64,000 bases of DNA from contig NC_043025.1 of assembly GCF_006345805.1 (NCBI RefSeq), forward strand, positions 6,634,001 through 6,698,000, given 5' to 3'. Below, in pieces: positions 51,979 through 64,000 of this stretch. The stretch is from Octopus sinensis (Eukaryota). A program made the translations under genes and the position numbers. The notes under the pieces are model-generated. The model had not been told where the DNA came from. It saw only the letters and a program-made list of their open reading frames with translations, and searched no databases. Every line of letters starts with the position of its first letter. Positions within the stretch are counted from its first letter, which is position 1.

Positions 51979-52767
51979 GGATCTTTTCGGTTTGACCGCC
52001 AGATTTTAAAAATAATTTCTCTGTAACTAAACATTTTTAGGATCTTTTCACTTTGACCGGCAGTTTTTTTTAAATAATTTCTAGGTAACTAAAAAATTTT
52101 AAACTTCGTATACTGGTAGAATGTGTTTATAAAACATCTTTTTCTTTTGGCTTTATTGAGAAAATTCTGTAGTTTGTAAGATATTTGGTCTTTAATTTCT
52201 TAATTTTCGGCAATTTCAACCAATCAATGACGTCTATTGCGGTGAAAACGATTTCTGCCGTAATGTATCAACAGCAATTTTAAACACATTCTACCAGTAT
52301 ACGAAGTTTAAAAGTGTTTAGTTACATAGAAATTATTTTTAAAATCGGATCTTTTCGGTTTGAACGGCAGTTTTTTCAAGCGGTGTCATATGAAATTGTC
52401 ACCCATAATTATGACCCTAGTATCGATCTATTGCATTTCAATCTATTTTAGGGTTAGGGTTAGGGGTGTGGGAAAGGGTATATTTTTTTCTTCAGAAATG
52501 TAAATAAATCCAATCTGTTTCTTAAACGAGAGACATATTCATATGGCAAAGAATGTTTTTTTTTACCTCAATAGACATCAGTGAATGGTTGAAATTGCGG
52601 AAATTGAAGAAAAAAAAACAACAAATATCTTACAAACCATAGAATTTTCTCAATAAAGCCAAGAGAAAAAGATGTTTTATAAACACATTCTACCAGTATA
52701 CGAAGTTTAAAAGTATCTAGTTACCTAGAAATTATGTTAAAAACTGCCGTTCAAACCGAAAAGATCC
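51979..52767. mobile_element. Nested cluster of MITE-B and related copies (one complete at 52346-52767)
   Basis: Multiple GGATCTTTTCGGTTTGA(A/C)C termini in both orientations. Confidence 0.8.
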
Positions 52768-52844
52768 GTCTGTTCTTTTAACCTCTGTACCTATCCGTCT
52801 GTATGTTGATCTGTTTATTTTCATATCTATATATATATTTTTTT

Positions 52845-53245
52845 TACTTGTTTCAGTCATTTGACTGCGGCCATGCTGGAGCACCGCCTTTAGTCGAGCA
52901 GATCGACCCCGGGACTTATTCTTTTGTAAGCCCAGTACTTATTCTATCGGTATATTTTTGCCGAACCGCTAAGTAACGAGGACATAAACACACCAGCATC
53001 GGTTGTCAAGCAATGCTAGGGGGACAAACACAGACACACAAACATATACACACACATACATATATATATATATACATATATACGACAGGCTTCTTTGAGT
53101 TTCCATCTACCAAATCCACTCACAAGGCATTGGTCGGCCCGGGGCTATAGCAGAAGACACTTGCCCAAGGTGCCACGCAGTGGGACTGAACCCGGAACCA
53201 TGTGGTTGGTTAGCAAGCTACTTACCACACAGCCACTCCTGCGCC
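52845..53245 (-). mobile_element. SINE family A
   Basis: Reverse-complement match to family A. Confidence 0.84.
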
Positions 53246-53414
53246 TATATGCTTACATATAGAAAAAAAAAGGTGCGTACACACACACTCACACCCACAC
53301 ACACAGAGTCAAGACTATTGAAAAGGTTGCAAGACGCAATGAAAATTTTAAGAAAATAAAAATAAGAAATAAGTGGAAATTTTGGGGGTGGGTGGATTTA
53401 TTTTATTTATTTTT

Positions 53415-53611
53415 ATGGAGATGTACTTGCATAGCGAGTGACTTGATCTGAGATCGTGTGCTGGAACGAAAACAATTGCAGCGTGGAAGGTGTTTATAAG
53501 CCATTTAAGAAACACAAAAACTGTTAGATTCACCTCAACATTTAAATTTAATTTGTCAAAATATTTTCCTCGCTTTGAGACCGCGACCTGTTCACTGACA
53601 AAATTCCATGC

Positions 53612-53645
<34 letters not shown>

Positions 53646-54080
53646 ATATAGAGGGCATTATACATACATGCCAGAGAGCATTATACATACATGCCACACG
53701 CTAGGAGGGACAATTAGTCATTTCTACCAAAAATATTATATATATATATATATATATATATTACGGAGATGTACTTGCATAGCAAGTGACTTGATCTGAG
53801 ATCGTGTGCTGGAACGAAAACAATTGCAGCGTGGAAGGTGTTTGTAAGCCATTTAAGGAACACACAAAAACCGTTAGATTCACTTCAACATTTAAACTTA
53901 ATTTGTCAAAATATGTTCGTCGCTTTGAGACCGCGACCTGTTCACTGACAAAATTCCATGCTAGGTCAGTCTTAAAGTGACGAAAATATTTTGGCAAATT
54001 AAATTTAAATATTGAAGTGAATCTAACGGTTTTTGTGTGTTTCTTAAATGGCTTACAAACACCTTCCACGCTGCAATTGT
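53415..54080. repeat. ~200-bp element present as two direct copies plus one inverted partial copy
   Basis: 53415-53612 matches 53762-53963; 53975-54080 is inverted; (TA)n flanks. Confidence 0.8.
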
Positions 54081-54674
54081 TTATATATATGCCTATATAC
54101 ATCTCCAAATTCTTTTGTTTTATTTTTTTAAATCACAGACAAAGTTTTTTTTGCATAATCGTATGAATCCCCTTGAACCCAAATTCGCAAAATTTTCTAA
54201 AAATTCCAAAACCTAAAAGAAGTTACGAGGGTTTACAAGGGACACTTGAACCAGAATTCCGCCAAACGATATTCATCATCATCATCATCATTTAGTGTCC
54301 GTTTTCCATGCTAGCATGGGTTGGACGGTTTAACTGGGGTCTGTGAAGCCGGAAGGCTTCATCAGGCCCAGTCAGATTTGGCAGTGTTTCTACGGCTGGA
54401 TGCCCTTCTTAACGCCAACCACTCCGTGAGTGTAGTGGGTGCTTTTTACGTGCCACAATACATATTTAATACTTTAGAAAAAACCAAATTTACTTTTAAA
54501 TATTTGAAGCATTATTTGTTTTTATGCAAAATAGAGACGAAAATAAAATAAAAATTGGCGGATTTTAAAAAGAAGTAACAACAAAATTAAATTTCATTTT
54601 TGGATTTGGTTTGCAAGATTCTTTATATGAGTTTGTGTGTTGAAGCATATTCTGTTGTGTCTGGGGAGAGTCAT

Positions 54675-55092
54675 TTTCGTTTTGCACCTTATATATACTC
54701 TCTTTTACTTGTTTCAGTCATTTGACTGCGGCCATGCTGGAGCACCGCCTTTTAGTCGGGCAAATCGACCCCGGGACTTATTCTTTGTATGCCCAGTACT
54801 TATTCTCTTGGTCTCTTTTGCCGAACCGCTAAGTAACGGGGACGCAAACACACCAGCATCGGTTGTCAAGCAATGCTAGGGGGACAAACACAGACACACA
54901 AACACATACACATATATATACATATATACGACAGGCTTCTTTCAGTTTCCGTTTACCAAATCCTCTCACAAGGCATTGGTCGGCCCGGGGCTATAGCAGA
55001 AGACACTTGCCCAAGATGCCACGCAGTGGGACTGAACCCGGAACCATGTGGTTGGTTAGCAAGCTACTTACCACACAGCCACTCCTGCGCCT
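54675..55092 (-). mobile_element. SINE family A
   Basis: Reverse-complement match to family A. Confidence 0.84.
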
Positions 55093-55304
55093 ATATAGGT
55101 ACATCTCCAAATTCTTTCGTTTCATTTTTTTCTCTTTAGTGTTTTAACACTCCACACACACACACACACACTTTTCTGTTATTGCACTTCAACTGTTTTA
55201 AATGCTTGCACAAGCACACATGCACACACACACAGCATTCCTTCACAAACACAAAATCTATTCTCCTGCTTTGATTCACTCCCAACTTCCTATCTCTGTG
55301 TGGC

Positions 55305-56218
55305 TCATCATCATTATCATTGTTCGACCGTGGTCGAGACAATGGAATTTATCATGCTACGCCAGACTTCACAGTCCATCATGGCATTACGGAGGTCCTG
55401 TTGCTGGATGCCTGTATCCCTGGAGATTACATCAGGGTAGAAGAGTGTGTGCCTTCTGGTATCGCGAGTAGATGGCTTCCAGAGGAGAAGAGTAGAAATT
55501 GCCTCGATTTCAGCTCTACAACAATGTCCAGCAAACTGGACTCTCCTACCTTTTACAAGAGACGACACAGGTGGTATTTTCCCATATATTTGTACTTTGG
55601 TTGGATGGCGCCTCCACGAGAGATTTTGAGCTCTCATAAGGAGGCAAGTGTAGGTTCCATCCAACTGCCTCTCGAAGAGTGTGCGCCCACTGGTATCGCG
55701 AGCAGATGGCTTCCAGAGGAGAAGAGTAGAAATTACCTCTTTTTCAGCTCTACAACAATGTCCAGCAAACTGGACTCTCCTACTTTTCACAAGAGATGAC
55801 ACAGGTGGTAGTTTACCATATATTTGTACTTTGGTTGGATGATGCTTCCATGAGAGATTTTGAGCTCTCATAAGGAGGCGAGTGTAGGTTCCATCCAACT
55901 GCCTCTCGAAGAGTGTGTGCCCTCTGGTATCGCGAGTAGATGGCTTCCAGAGGAGAAGAGTAGAAATTGCCTCTTTTTCAGCTCTACAACAATGTCCAGC
56001 AAACTGGACTCTCCTACTTTTCACAAGAGATGACACTGGTGGTAGTTTCCCATATATTTGTACTTTGGTTGGATGGCGCCTCCACGAGAGATTTTGAGCT
56101 CTCATAAGGAGGCGAGTGTAGGTTCCATCCAACTGCCTCTCGAAGAGTGTGCTCCCTCTGGTATTGCAAGTAGATGGCTTCCAGAGAAGAAGAGTAGAAA
56201 TTGTCTCTTTTTCAGCTG
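55305..56218 (-). mobile_element. 5'-truncated RTE-X-like LINE end with an in-frame 240-bp tandem repeat
   Basis: LDGTYTRLLMRAQNLSWRRHPT...RRVQFAGHC...LLLWKP occurs three times plus a partial unit; (GAT)n tail at about 55305-55320. Confidence 0.85.
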
Positions 56219-56594
56219 GCCCACACACTCCCCTCACTTGGCCATCTGTCACACAATGTCCTGGTTGGATTAAACATTGTTGGTCAGTTGAAGGGGACGA
56301 AAAATAAAATAAAGTTTTAAGGTCATGTGGCAAGTGACCAATCAATTTTGTTACATCCAACCGTCACTCTTCTGCTCCCCACCTCTTCCTACACATTCTA
56401 GAGTTAACTCATACCCCCGCTCTCTTTCCTACTCCTTCTACCATCAGATATGGCCAGAATTAGTCCTGCTCATTCCTTTATTCACCTCACAACTCCCATA
56501 ATAACCAGCCTACCGCCGTCTCCTCCTGCCAGTATTAATGCTTTTCACCCAGCTCCCCTTCTTCCCCACTGCTAACCTTCCCCCCAGTTGGACT

Positions 56595-56980
56595 ATACTC
56601 TTACTCTTTACTCGTTTCAGTCATTTGACTGCAGCCATGCTGGAGCACCGCCTTTAGTCGAGCAAATCGACCCCAGGACTTATTCATTGTAAGCCTAGTA
56701 CTTATTCTATCGGTCTCTTTTGCTGAACCGCTAAGTTACAGGACATGAACACACCACCGTCGGTTGTCAAACAATGCTAGGGAGACAAACACAGACACAC
56801 AAAAATACATATATATACATACACACGACAGGCTTCTTTCAGTTTCCGTCTACCAAATCCACTCACAAGGCTTTGGTCAGCCCGAGGCTATAGTAGAAGC
56901 TTGCCCAAGGTTCCACGCAGTGGGACTGAACCCAGAACCATATGGTTGATAAGCAAGCTACTTACCACACAGCCACTCCT
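56595..56980 (-). mobile_element. SINE family A
   Basis: Reverse-complement match to family A. Confidence 0.8.
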
Positions 56981-57132
56981 TGAACAACTTTTAAAAAACC
57001 TTAAGGAAATTGAGCCCTACCAACGTTTTTTAAAGAATTACATGTCAATTCCTAAATTATATTTTTTCAGAGTTAATCCCACTTATAGAATCTTGTCATC
57101 TCTCGAATGCTTTGGTGGCCTAATCTTCAGGG

Positions 57133-57605
57133 AACCCTTTCAATACCAACCCGGCTGAAACCGCCTCTGGCTCTGTAGTACAAATGTCTTGTTTTCCTAA
57201 GTTTTGAATTAAATCCTTCCACCAAACCTTAGTCACAATTTATGTTCCTAACACTAGCTTAATGATAACCAAGTTATTTTACTAAATTCTTTGTTATATT
57301 TAAAATTAATTGAAAGAAACACAGAACATCTCAACAGAAATATGGTAACAAAAGGGTTAAAGTCACCATGATATTTTTAACCTTTTTGATACCAACCTGG
57401 CTGAAACCACCTCTGGCTCTGTAGTACAAATGTCTTGTTTTCATATGTTCTGAATTAAAATCTTCCACCAAACCTTAGCCACAATTTATGTTCCTAACAC
57501 TAGCTTAATGATAACTAAGTTATTTTACTAAATTCTTTGTTATATTCAAAGTAATTGGAAGAAACAGAGAGCATCTCAAAATAAATACGGTAACGAAAGG
57601 GTTAA
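57133..57605 (+). mobile_element. Second tandem dimer of the piggyBac-like MITE
   Basis: Same unit and near-identical linker as 19625-20095. Confidence 0.82.
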
Positions 57606-57824
57606 AACTGGCCATCTTTTGTCATTGAAATGGTGAGATGCCTACCTTGAAAGGGTTTGGAGAAGAGAAGTAAAGGGGTGGGGTTAAATCAGAAAGGAAT
57701 AATAATCATGAGAATGCAATAGGGCAGTAGTTCTTGACCCTTATTTACCTCTGGACCTCTGATTAATATTTTGTTCTGATGGACCCTCGTAACCGTTTGA
57801 TATAACCCTTTAGCATTTGAGCCA

Positions 57825-59678
57825 GATAAGATATTCTTCTTGTTTTATGTTCAAACTGACCACATCTGGCTTCTCACACCTATCTTACAATGTCACGCTA
57901 AAAATAACCAATTACATCTTTGAAATCTTGAAGCTACAAGATAATGCACAATTAATTCAAAACTAAATAATCATTCTATTTGAATGCTAAAAAGCTAAAG
58001 AATAGTTTTATAAATACTTCTTTCAAAATATTTGGCTTTTCACACGTGCAACAGTACTGTCTGAGAGAACATGGCTCAGTGGCCAGAAACAGGTAAACCA
58101 CGAGAGAAAGAAACCTAGCTGTTTCTTGCACAGTACCACCTGACTGGCCCATATGTAAAAATTCGAGCGAGGTCGTTGCCAGTACCATCTGACTGGCCCC
58201 CGTGCTGGTGGCATGTAAAAGCACCCACTACACTCTCGGAGTGGTTGACGTTAGGAAGGGCATCCAGCTGTAGAAACTCTGCCAGATCAAGACTGGAGCT
58301 TAGTGCAGCCATCTGGTTCGCCAGCCCACAGTCAAACCTATTTCTTAACTACTCACAAGAGGCTAAACACAGTGGGGACAAACAACGACAGACAAAGGAT
58401 TAAGTCGACCTCGGCGTAATTTGAACTCAGAACGTAATGGCATGCTAACGACTCTGCCAGCTTGCCCACAGTCAAACCATCCAACCCATGCTAGCATGGA
58501 AAGCGAATGTTAAGCAACGATGATGATGATGATGATGAAATACATCTGAAAGAAAAAAATTATTCATGTACCCTTAGCTAAAAGGTTATGGGTCCATGCC
58601 TTAACCAAAAAACCAGCCTCGTTTCGAGTTCCAGTGTCAAGAAGACGGAGCCATTTGTAACCTAGGGACCTCATCTTGAGCTGAGCGTTTCAGAGAAATT
58701 CAGTAGTATACTTATTGGTCTCCCTGACAAACATTTGAATTAGATTCCATATGAAAAACAACAAAGTATTCACCTGGGGTCGCTTATGCCTATTTCTTTA
58801 TTACCCACAAGGGGCTAAACATAGGTATTAAGTCGATTACATCGACCCCAGTGCGTAACTGGTGCTTAATTTATCGACCCCGAAAGGATGAAAAGCAAAG
58901 TCGACCTCGGCGGAATTTGAACTCACAACGTTACGACAGCATGCCACAACATTATCATCATTTTGATCTTCTCCATTACTTTCCTGGTTGTTTCCACTAG
59001 TGTCAGATTCATTGCTAAGCTGTGAGAAATTAAGTCTTGATCTGGCAGAGTTTCTACAGCTGGATGCCCTTCCTAACGCCAACCACTCCAAGAGTGTAGT
59101 GGGTGCTTTTACATGCCACCAGCACGGGGGCCAGTCAGATGGTACTGGCAACAACCTCGCTCGAATTTTTACACATGGGCCAGTCAGGTGGTACTGTGCA
59201 AGAAACAGCTAGGTTTCTTTCTCTCGTGGTTTACCTGTTTCTGGTCACTGAGCCATGTTCTCTCAGACAGTACTGTTGCACGTGTGAAAAGCCAAATATT
59301 TTGAAAGAAGCATTTACAAAACTATTCTTTAGCTTTTTAGCATTCAAATAGAATGATTATTTAGTTTTGAATTCATCATCATCATCATTTAACGTCCGTT
59401 CTCCATGCTGGCATGGGTTGGACGGTTCGACCGGGGATCTGGGAAGCCAGAAGGCTGCACCAGGCTCCAGTCTGATCTGGCAGTGTTTCTACAGCTGGAT
59501 GCCCTTCCTAACGCCAACCACTCCCTGAGTGTAGTGGGTGCTTTTTACGTGCCACCTGCATTATCTTGTAGCTTCAAGATTTCAAAGATGTAATTGGTTA
59601 TTTTTAGTGTGACATTGTAAGATAGGTGTGAGAAGCCAGATGTGGTCAGTTTGAACATAAAACAAGAAGAATATCTTG
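57825..59678. repeat. Inverted duplication (arms about 57825-58295 and 59032-59678)
   Basis: The arms are reverse complements; the right arm carries an extra RTE 3' fragment at about 59373-59557. Confidence 0.88.
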
Positions 59679-61039
59679 CTAAGGATATTTTCATCGGTGC
59701 CACTGTCGGACATGGTGAAATTTCATGGTGCTCCCTTGGAACACAAAAATAATCAATGTAAAATCACAGAACACAGCAAACTATCGTGGAAGCCGCCATT
59801 GAAAGGCCCAGATGTGCAAGAAATGCGAAAAGCAATCTGATTGGTTGGTATGAAGACCAGTCAGCTAATCTCGAGGCTTGTATTATCGGGCCGACAGATC
59901 GGCTCTGATGTCTACTTCGTCATTCGACTTTCCGGCCGATAGATCAGCCCTGTCGTCTACTAAGGACTAATATACTACTGTGGCACCCACTTACTAAAGG
60001 GTCATATGGATACCGGTTGCAAAGAACAGGATTGGAAGAAAGAGAAGGAAAGTCATGCAAAAGAGAAAAAAGAAGACCAAAGGCAGGTGATGTGATTGAA
60101 ACAATTGTTATTGTTCACAGCTATTGACAACAAAATACAGTTGAATACAACAAGGATAATGAAGTGGTATATGTATGTATATATATGTATGTGTATATAC
60201 ATGTATATCTGTGTGTGTATACATACATATTTATGTGGGTGATATATGTTTGTGTGTGTGTGTGTATACATATGTATGTAATGTTTGTTTTTATGCAAGG
60301 TTATATATAAAAAGAAGTAAACATGAAAATGAAGAATTAGTCAATCTTTTTTCTTTCTTTTTTTATAGAGGACATGTTTATTGTACTTTTACATGTCAAG
60401 GGAGTGGGGCAGCGACAGTGACTTCCAAGTTAAAGACAGTCTGGAACTTTGAAATCATCGTCACCCCTCTTCTAGTAAAAGAGTTCAACATATACAGACT
60501 TGCTGTGCAGAGAGTAGGTCCATGGCCAAACCACAGAGCTGCCTGCTCAACTATTTACACCTGATTATCAAAAGTGTCAAAACCACATTTTTCCCTAGAG
60601 ACAAAGTAGTTTGCAGTACCTCATTGGAACATCTTATGAGTAATGTTAACTGCTTTCGTTTGTTTTTTGTATTATTTTCTTTCTTTTTTTTTTTGCGTAT
60701 CAGTATATTCAATGACAGAATGTTAATTAACACAGAGACAGTATGCATGCACGTAACGATAATGAGTGTGTGTGAGGTTCTGTCTACATATGTAATGCAT
60801 ATAAGATATATACATGTAAATTTATATACAATTTATCCACACATGCCTGTATGTATGTATACACAACACACACATATGTACATATACACATGCAAAACAA
60901 AGAGCTATTGAGCAATCGTCCCTTTTTCTCCCGCTTCAAGAGTGGGGAAGTTAAATAGATTTTATGCTTTGCAAAAATTTTATTTGGATTCTATACATAC
61001 ATGCACAGCATATGTGTGTGTGTGTATATATATATATAT

Positions 61040-61445
61040 ACTCTTTTACTTGTTTCAGTCATTTTGACTGCGGCCATGCTGGAGCACCGCCTTTAGTCGA
61101 GCAAATCGACCCCAGGACTTATTCTTTGTAAGCCCAGTACTTATTCTATCGGTCTCTTTTTGCCGAACCGCTAAGTGACGGGGACGTAAACACACCAGCA
61201 TCGGTTGTCAAGCAATGCTAGGGGGACAAATACAGCAGACACACAAACACACACATACATATATATATATACATATACACGACAGGCTTCTTTCAGTTTC
61301 CGTCTACCAAATCCACTCACAAGGCATTGGTCGGCCCGGGGCTATAGCAGAAGACACTTGCCCAAGATGCCACGCAGTGGGACTGAACCCGGGACCATGT
61401 GGTTGGTTAGCAAGCTACTTACCACACAGCCACTCCTACGCCTAT
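61040..61445 (-). mobile_element. SINE family A
   Basis: Reverse-complement match to family A. Confidence 0.84.
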
Positions 61446-61646
61446 ATATATATATATTTAAAGGGAAAGTTTATGAAAATAAACAAAAGACGAAGACAGG
61501 TGGTGTACAAAACAAACAGATGTTTTTGTATAATACTCAGGAATAGAAAAAGTCTTTTACGTTTCGAGCCTACGGTCTTCTACAGAAAGGGGCACAGAAA
61601 AAATAAGGAGAGGAAAAAAAATGTGTGTAGTGGCTAACGATATATC

Positions 61647-61677
<31 letters not shown>

Positions 61678-61689
61678 TAAATATATAAT

Positions 61690-61862
61690 CTTTATTTAAA
61701 AGCAGTAGAAATATAACAAAAGCTGTTACTCAGAGTTTCACGTTCCCGACGAACGGAAACGTGAAACTCTGAGTAACAGCTTTTAAATAAAGCATATTAC
61801 TCTACCTCTGGTATTTGAGTACTCTTTTTACCACCTTGTTTCACATTTATGTGCTTACTCTG
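61690..61862. mobile_element. Penelope-type terminal-repeat fragment with a hammerhead core and fold-back junction
   Basis: Homolog of 11381-11580; CCGACGA-ACG-GAAA-CGT-GAAAC at 61746-61767. Confidence 0.6.
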
Positions 61863-61863
61863 G

Positions 61864-61897
<34 letters not shown>

Positions 61898-62774
61898 TAC
61901 ATATACTGTGTATGTATATATATAGAATCCAAAAGACATGTTTGCAAAGCATAAAAACAAATTATTTAACTTCCCCCATCCTGAAAGGGGGAAAAGGGCC
62001 GATTGCACAATGGCTCTTTGTTGTGCATGTACACACACACACACATATATGTATGCATGTATACACATACATATATATGTATGGATGTGTGTATACACAT
62101 CCATACATACGTACACACAAAAGTATCGTCTCAATATAGATTAGATGGTTTGGCTCACGGAAACCAAGCTAGCCAGTCTATTTGTTAATTAATTAATTAA
62201 TTAATTAACAAAGTCAAGTCAACATCAGCATTTTTCTGCTTCCATTACAATTTCTTGAAATGTTTTGTTGATAAATATCAAAAAAAAAAAAAAAATCTCT
62301 CCAGTTTATTAATTAGTCTTTTTATTTATTTATGTCTATATTGCTTTATTTTTATTTTACTTATTTATTTTTGGTTTGTTTTCAGATTTTTTCTTTTTTG
62401 TTTGTAAGAAAACACCAAAAAAAAGTTTTCATTAAAACAATAATAAAAATGATTTTGTCATAATAATAATGATAATAATAATTTTCCGCTACAGGAAAAC
62501 AAGGCCTGAATTTTGAGGGGAGGGAACCAGACAATTACATCGGCCCCAGTACACAACTGGTATTTATTTGAACTCAGAACCTAAAGACAGACAAAATGCT
62601 TCGTGTGCTAATAAAAATGTACCAGCTCACCACCTTTATAATAATAATAATAATTTTTTCTACTCTAGGCACAAGGCCCCAAATTTTGGCGGAGGGGGGC
62701 ATTTGATTAGATCAACTCCAGTACGCAACTGGTGCTTAATTTATCAACCTTGAAAGGATGAAAAGCAGTTGACC

Positions 62775-63422
62775 TCTCTCTTTTACTTGTTTCAGTCATT
62801 TGACTACGGCCATGCTGGAGCACCGCCTTTAGTCGAGCAAATCGACTCCAGGACTTATTCTTTGTAAGCCCAGTACTTATTCTATCGGTCTCTTTTGCTG
62901 AACCGCTAAGTGACGGGGATGTAAACACACCAGCATCGGTTGTCAAGCAATGCTAAGGGGACAAACACAGACACACAAAATATACACATACATACCTATA
63001 TATACAATAATACTATATTTGTTCCACGTCCTCGCGTTGTGTTTTTTTGTGCTTTCTTGTTTGGATTAACTTTATATATATACATACATATATACGACAA
63101 GCTTCTTTCAGTTTCTGTCTACCAAATCCACTCACAAGGCATTGGTCGACCTGGGGCTATAGCAGAAGACACTTGCCCAAGGTGCCACACAGTGGGACTG
63201 AACCCGGAGCCATGTGGTTGGTAAGCAAGCTACTTACCACACAGCCACTCCTGCGCCTATACAATGAGCTTCTTTCAGTTTCCCTCTACTAAATCCACTC
63301 ACAAGGCATTGGTTGGCCCAGGGCTATAGCAGAAGACACTTGCCCAAGGTGCCACACAGTGGGACTGAACCCGGAGCCATGTGGTTGGTAAGCAAGCTAC
63401 TTACCACACAGCCACTCCTGCG
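62775..63422 (-). mobile_element. SINE family A with a duplicated head and a Penelope-type fragment in its (TA) spacer
   Basis: Family match; insert at about 63020-63075. Confidence 0.78.
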
Positions 63423-63864
63423 CTGATGTGGAATTTGAACTCAGGACGTAAAGACCAACGAAATACTGCTAAGCATTTCATCCGGCGTACTAACAACTCA
63501 GCCTTAATAATAATAATAATAAACAATTATCATTATTTATTGTTGCTGTTGTTGTTTTAATACAGACACAAGAGGGAAGGGAGAGGTTAATTGCTTTGAT
63601 CATAGTACTTAACTGGTAATTTTTTTTATTGACCCCAAAAAGATGAAGGTTAAAGTCAGCCCCGACAGCATTTGAGCTCAGAATGTAAATTTCAAATTCA
63701 GTGTAAATAACTACCCACCTCCACCAACATTTCAGGCCCTGTGTCTATAGTAGAAAATAATAATAATACTTTCTACTAAAGGCACAAGGCCTGAAATTTG
63801 GGGTGAGGCAGCTAGTCAATTAGCTCAACCCCAGTGTGTAACTGGTACTGAAAGGATAAAGGCG

Positions 63865-64000
63865 GCAAGCTGGCAGAATTGTTAGGACGCCGGGCAAAAT
63901 GCTTAGCGGTATTTCGTCTGTCGTTACGTTGTGAGTTCAAATTCTGCTGAGGTCGACTTTACCTTTCATCCTTTCGGGGTTGATAAATTAAGTACCAGTT
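63865..64000 (+). mobile_element. SINE family C, cut by the window end
   Basis: Head GGCAAGCTGGCAG and B-box GAGTTCAAATTC. Confidence 0.78.

Noticed and set aside
52448-52468. TTAGGG telomere-like repeats
   Set aside because: Only 2-3 units, and an internal part of MITE-B (also seen at about 34935)
60370-60640. Possible plus-strand exon after the TTTTTATAG acceptor
   Set aside because: The frame compatible with the upstream candidate stops after 27 codons; other frames are unrecognisable

Overview
Repeat-dense eukaryotic genomic DNA. It is most likely octopus, inferred from the tRNA-derived SINE families and microsatellite load. I found no prokaryotic features, rRNA, true tRNA or CRISPR array. 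Main contents: (1) a near full-length Tx1/L1-clade LINE (about 203-6249, minus strand) inside a (GATA)n microsatellite; (2) RTE, RTE-X and CR1 LINE remnants; (3) three SINE families, several amplified into local tandem arrays; (4) piggyBac-like, pogo-like and unclassified MITEs; (5) Penelope-type terminal-repeat fragments carrying minimal hammerhead-ribozyme motifs; (6) recent and old local duplications and long hairpins. One host gene can be assembled on the minus strand from phase-compatible exons (51790-51501 tentative, 44025-43948, 39520-39448, 34519-34376). It encodes about 194 aa with a C-terminal coiled coil that I cannot name. Most short ORFs in the supplied track are microsatellite or SINE artefacts. 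Repeat boundaries were read by eye and are approximate.
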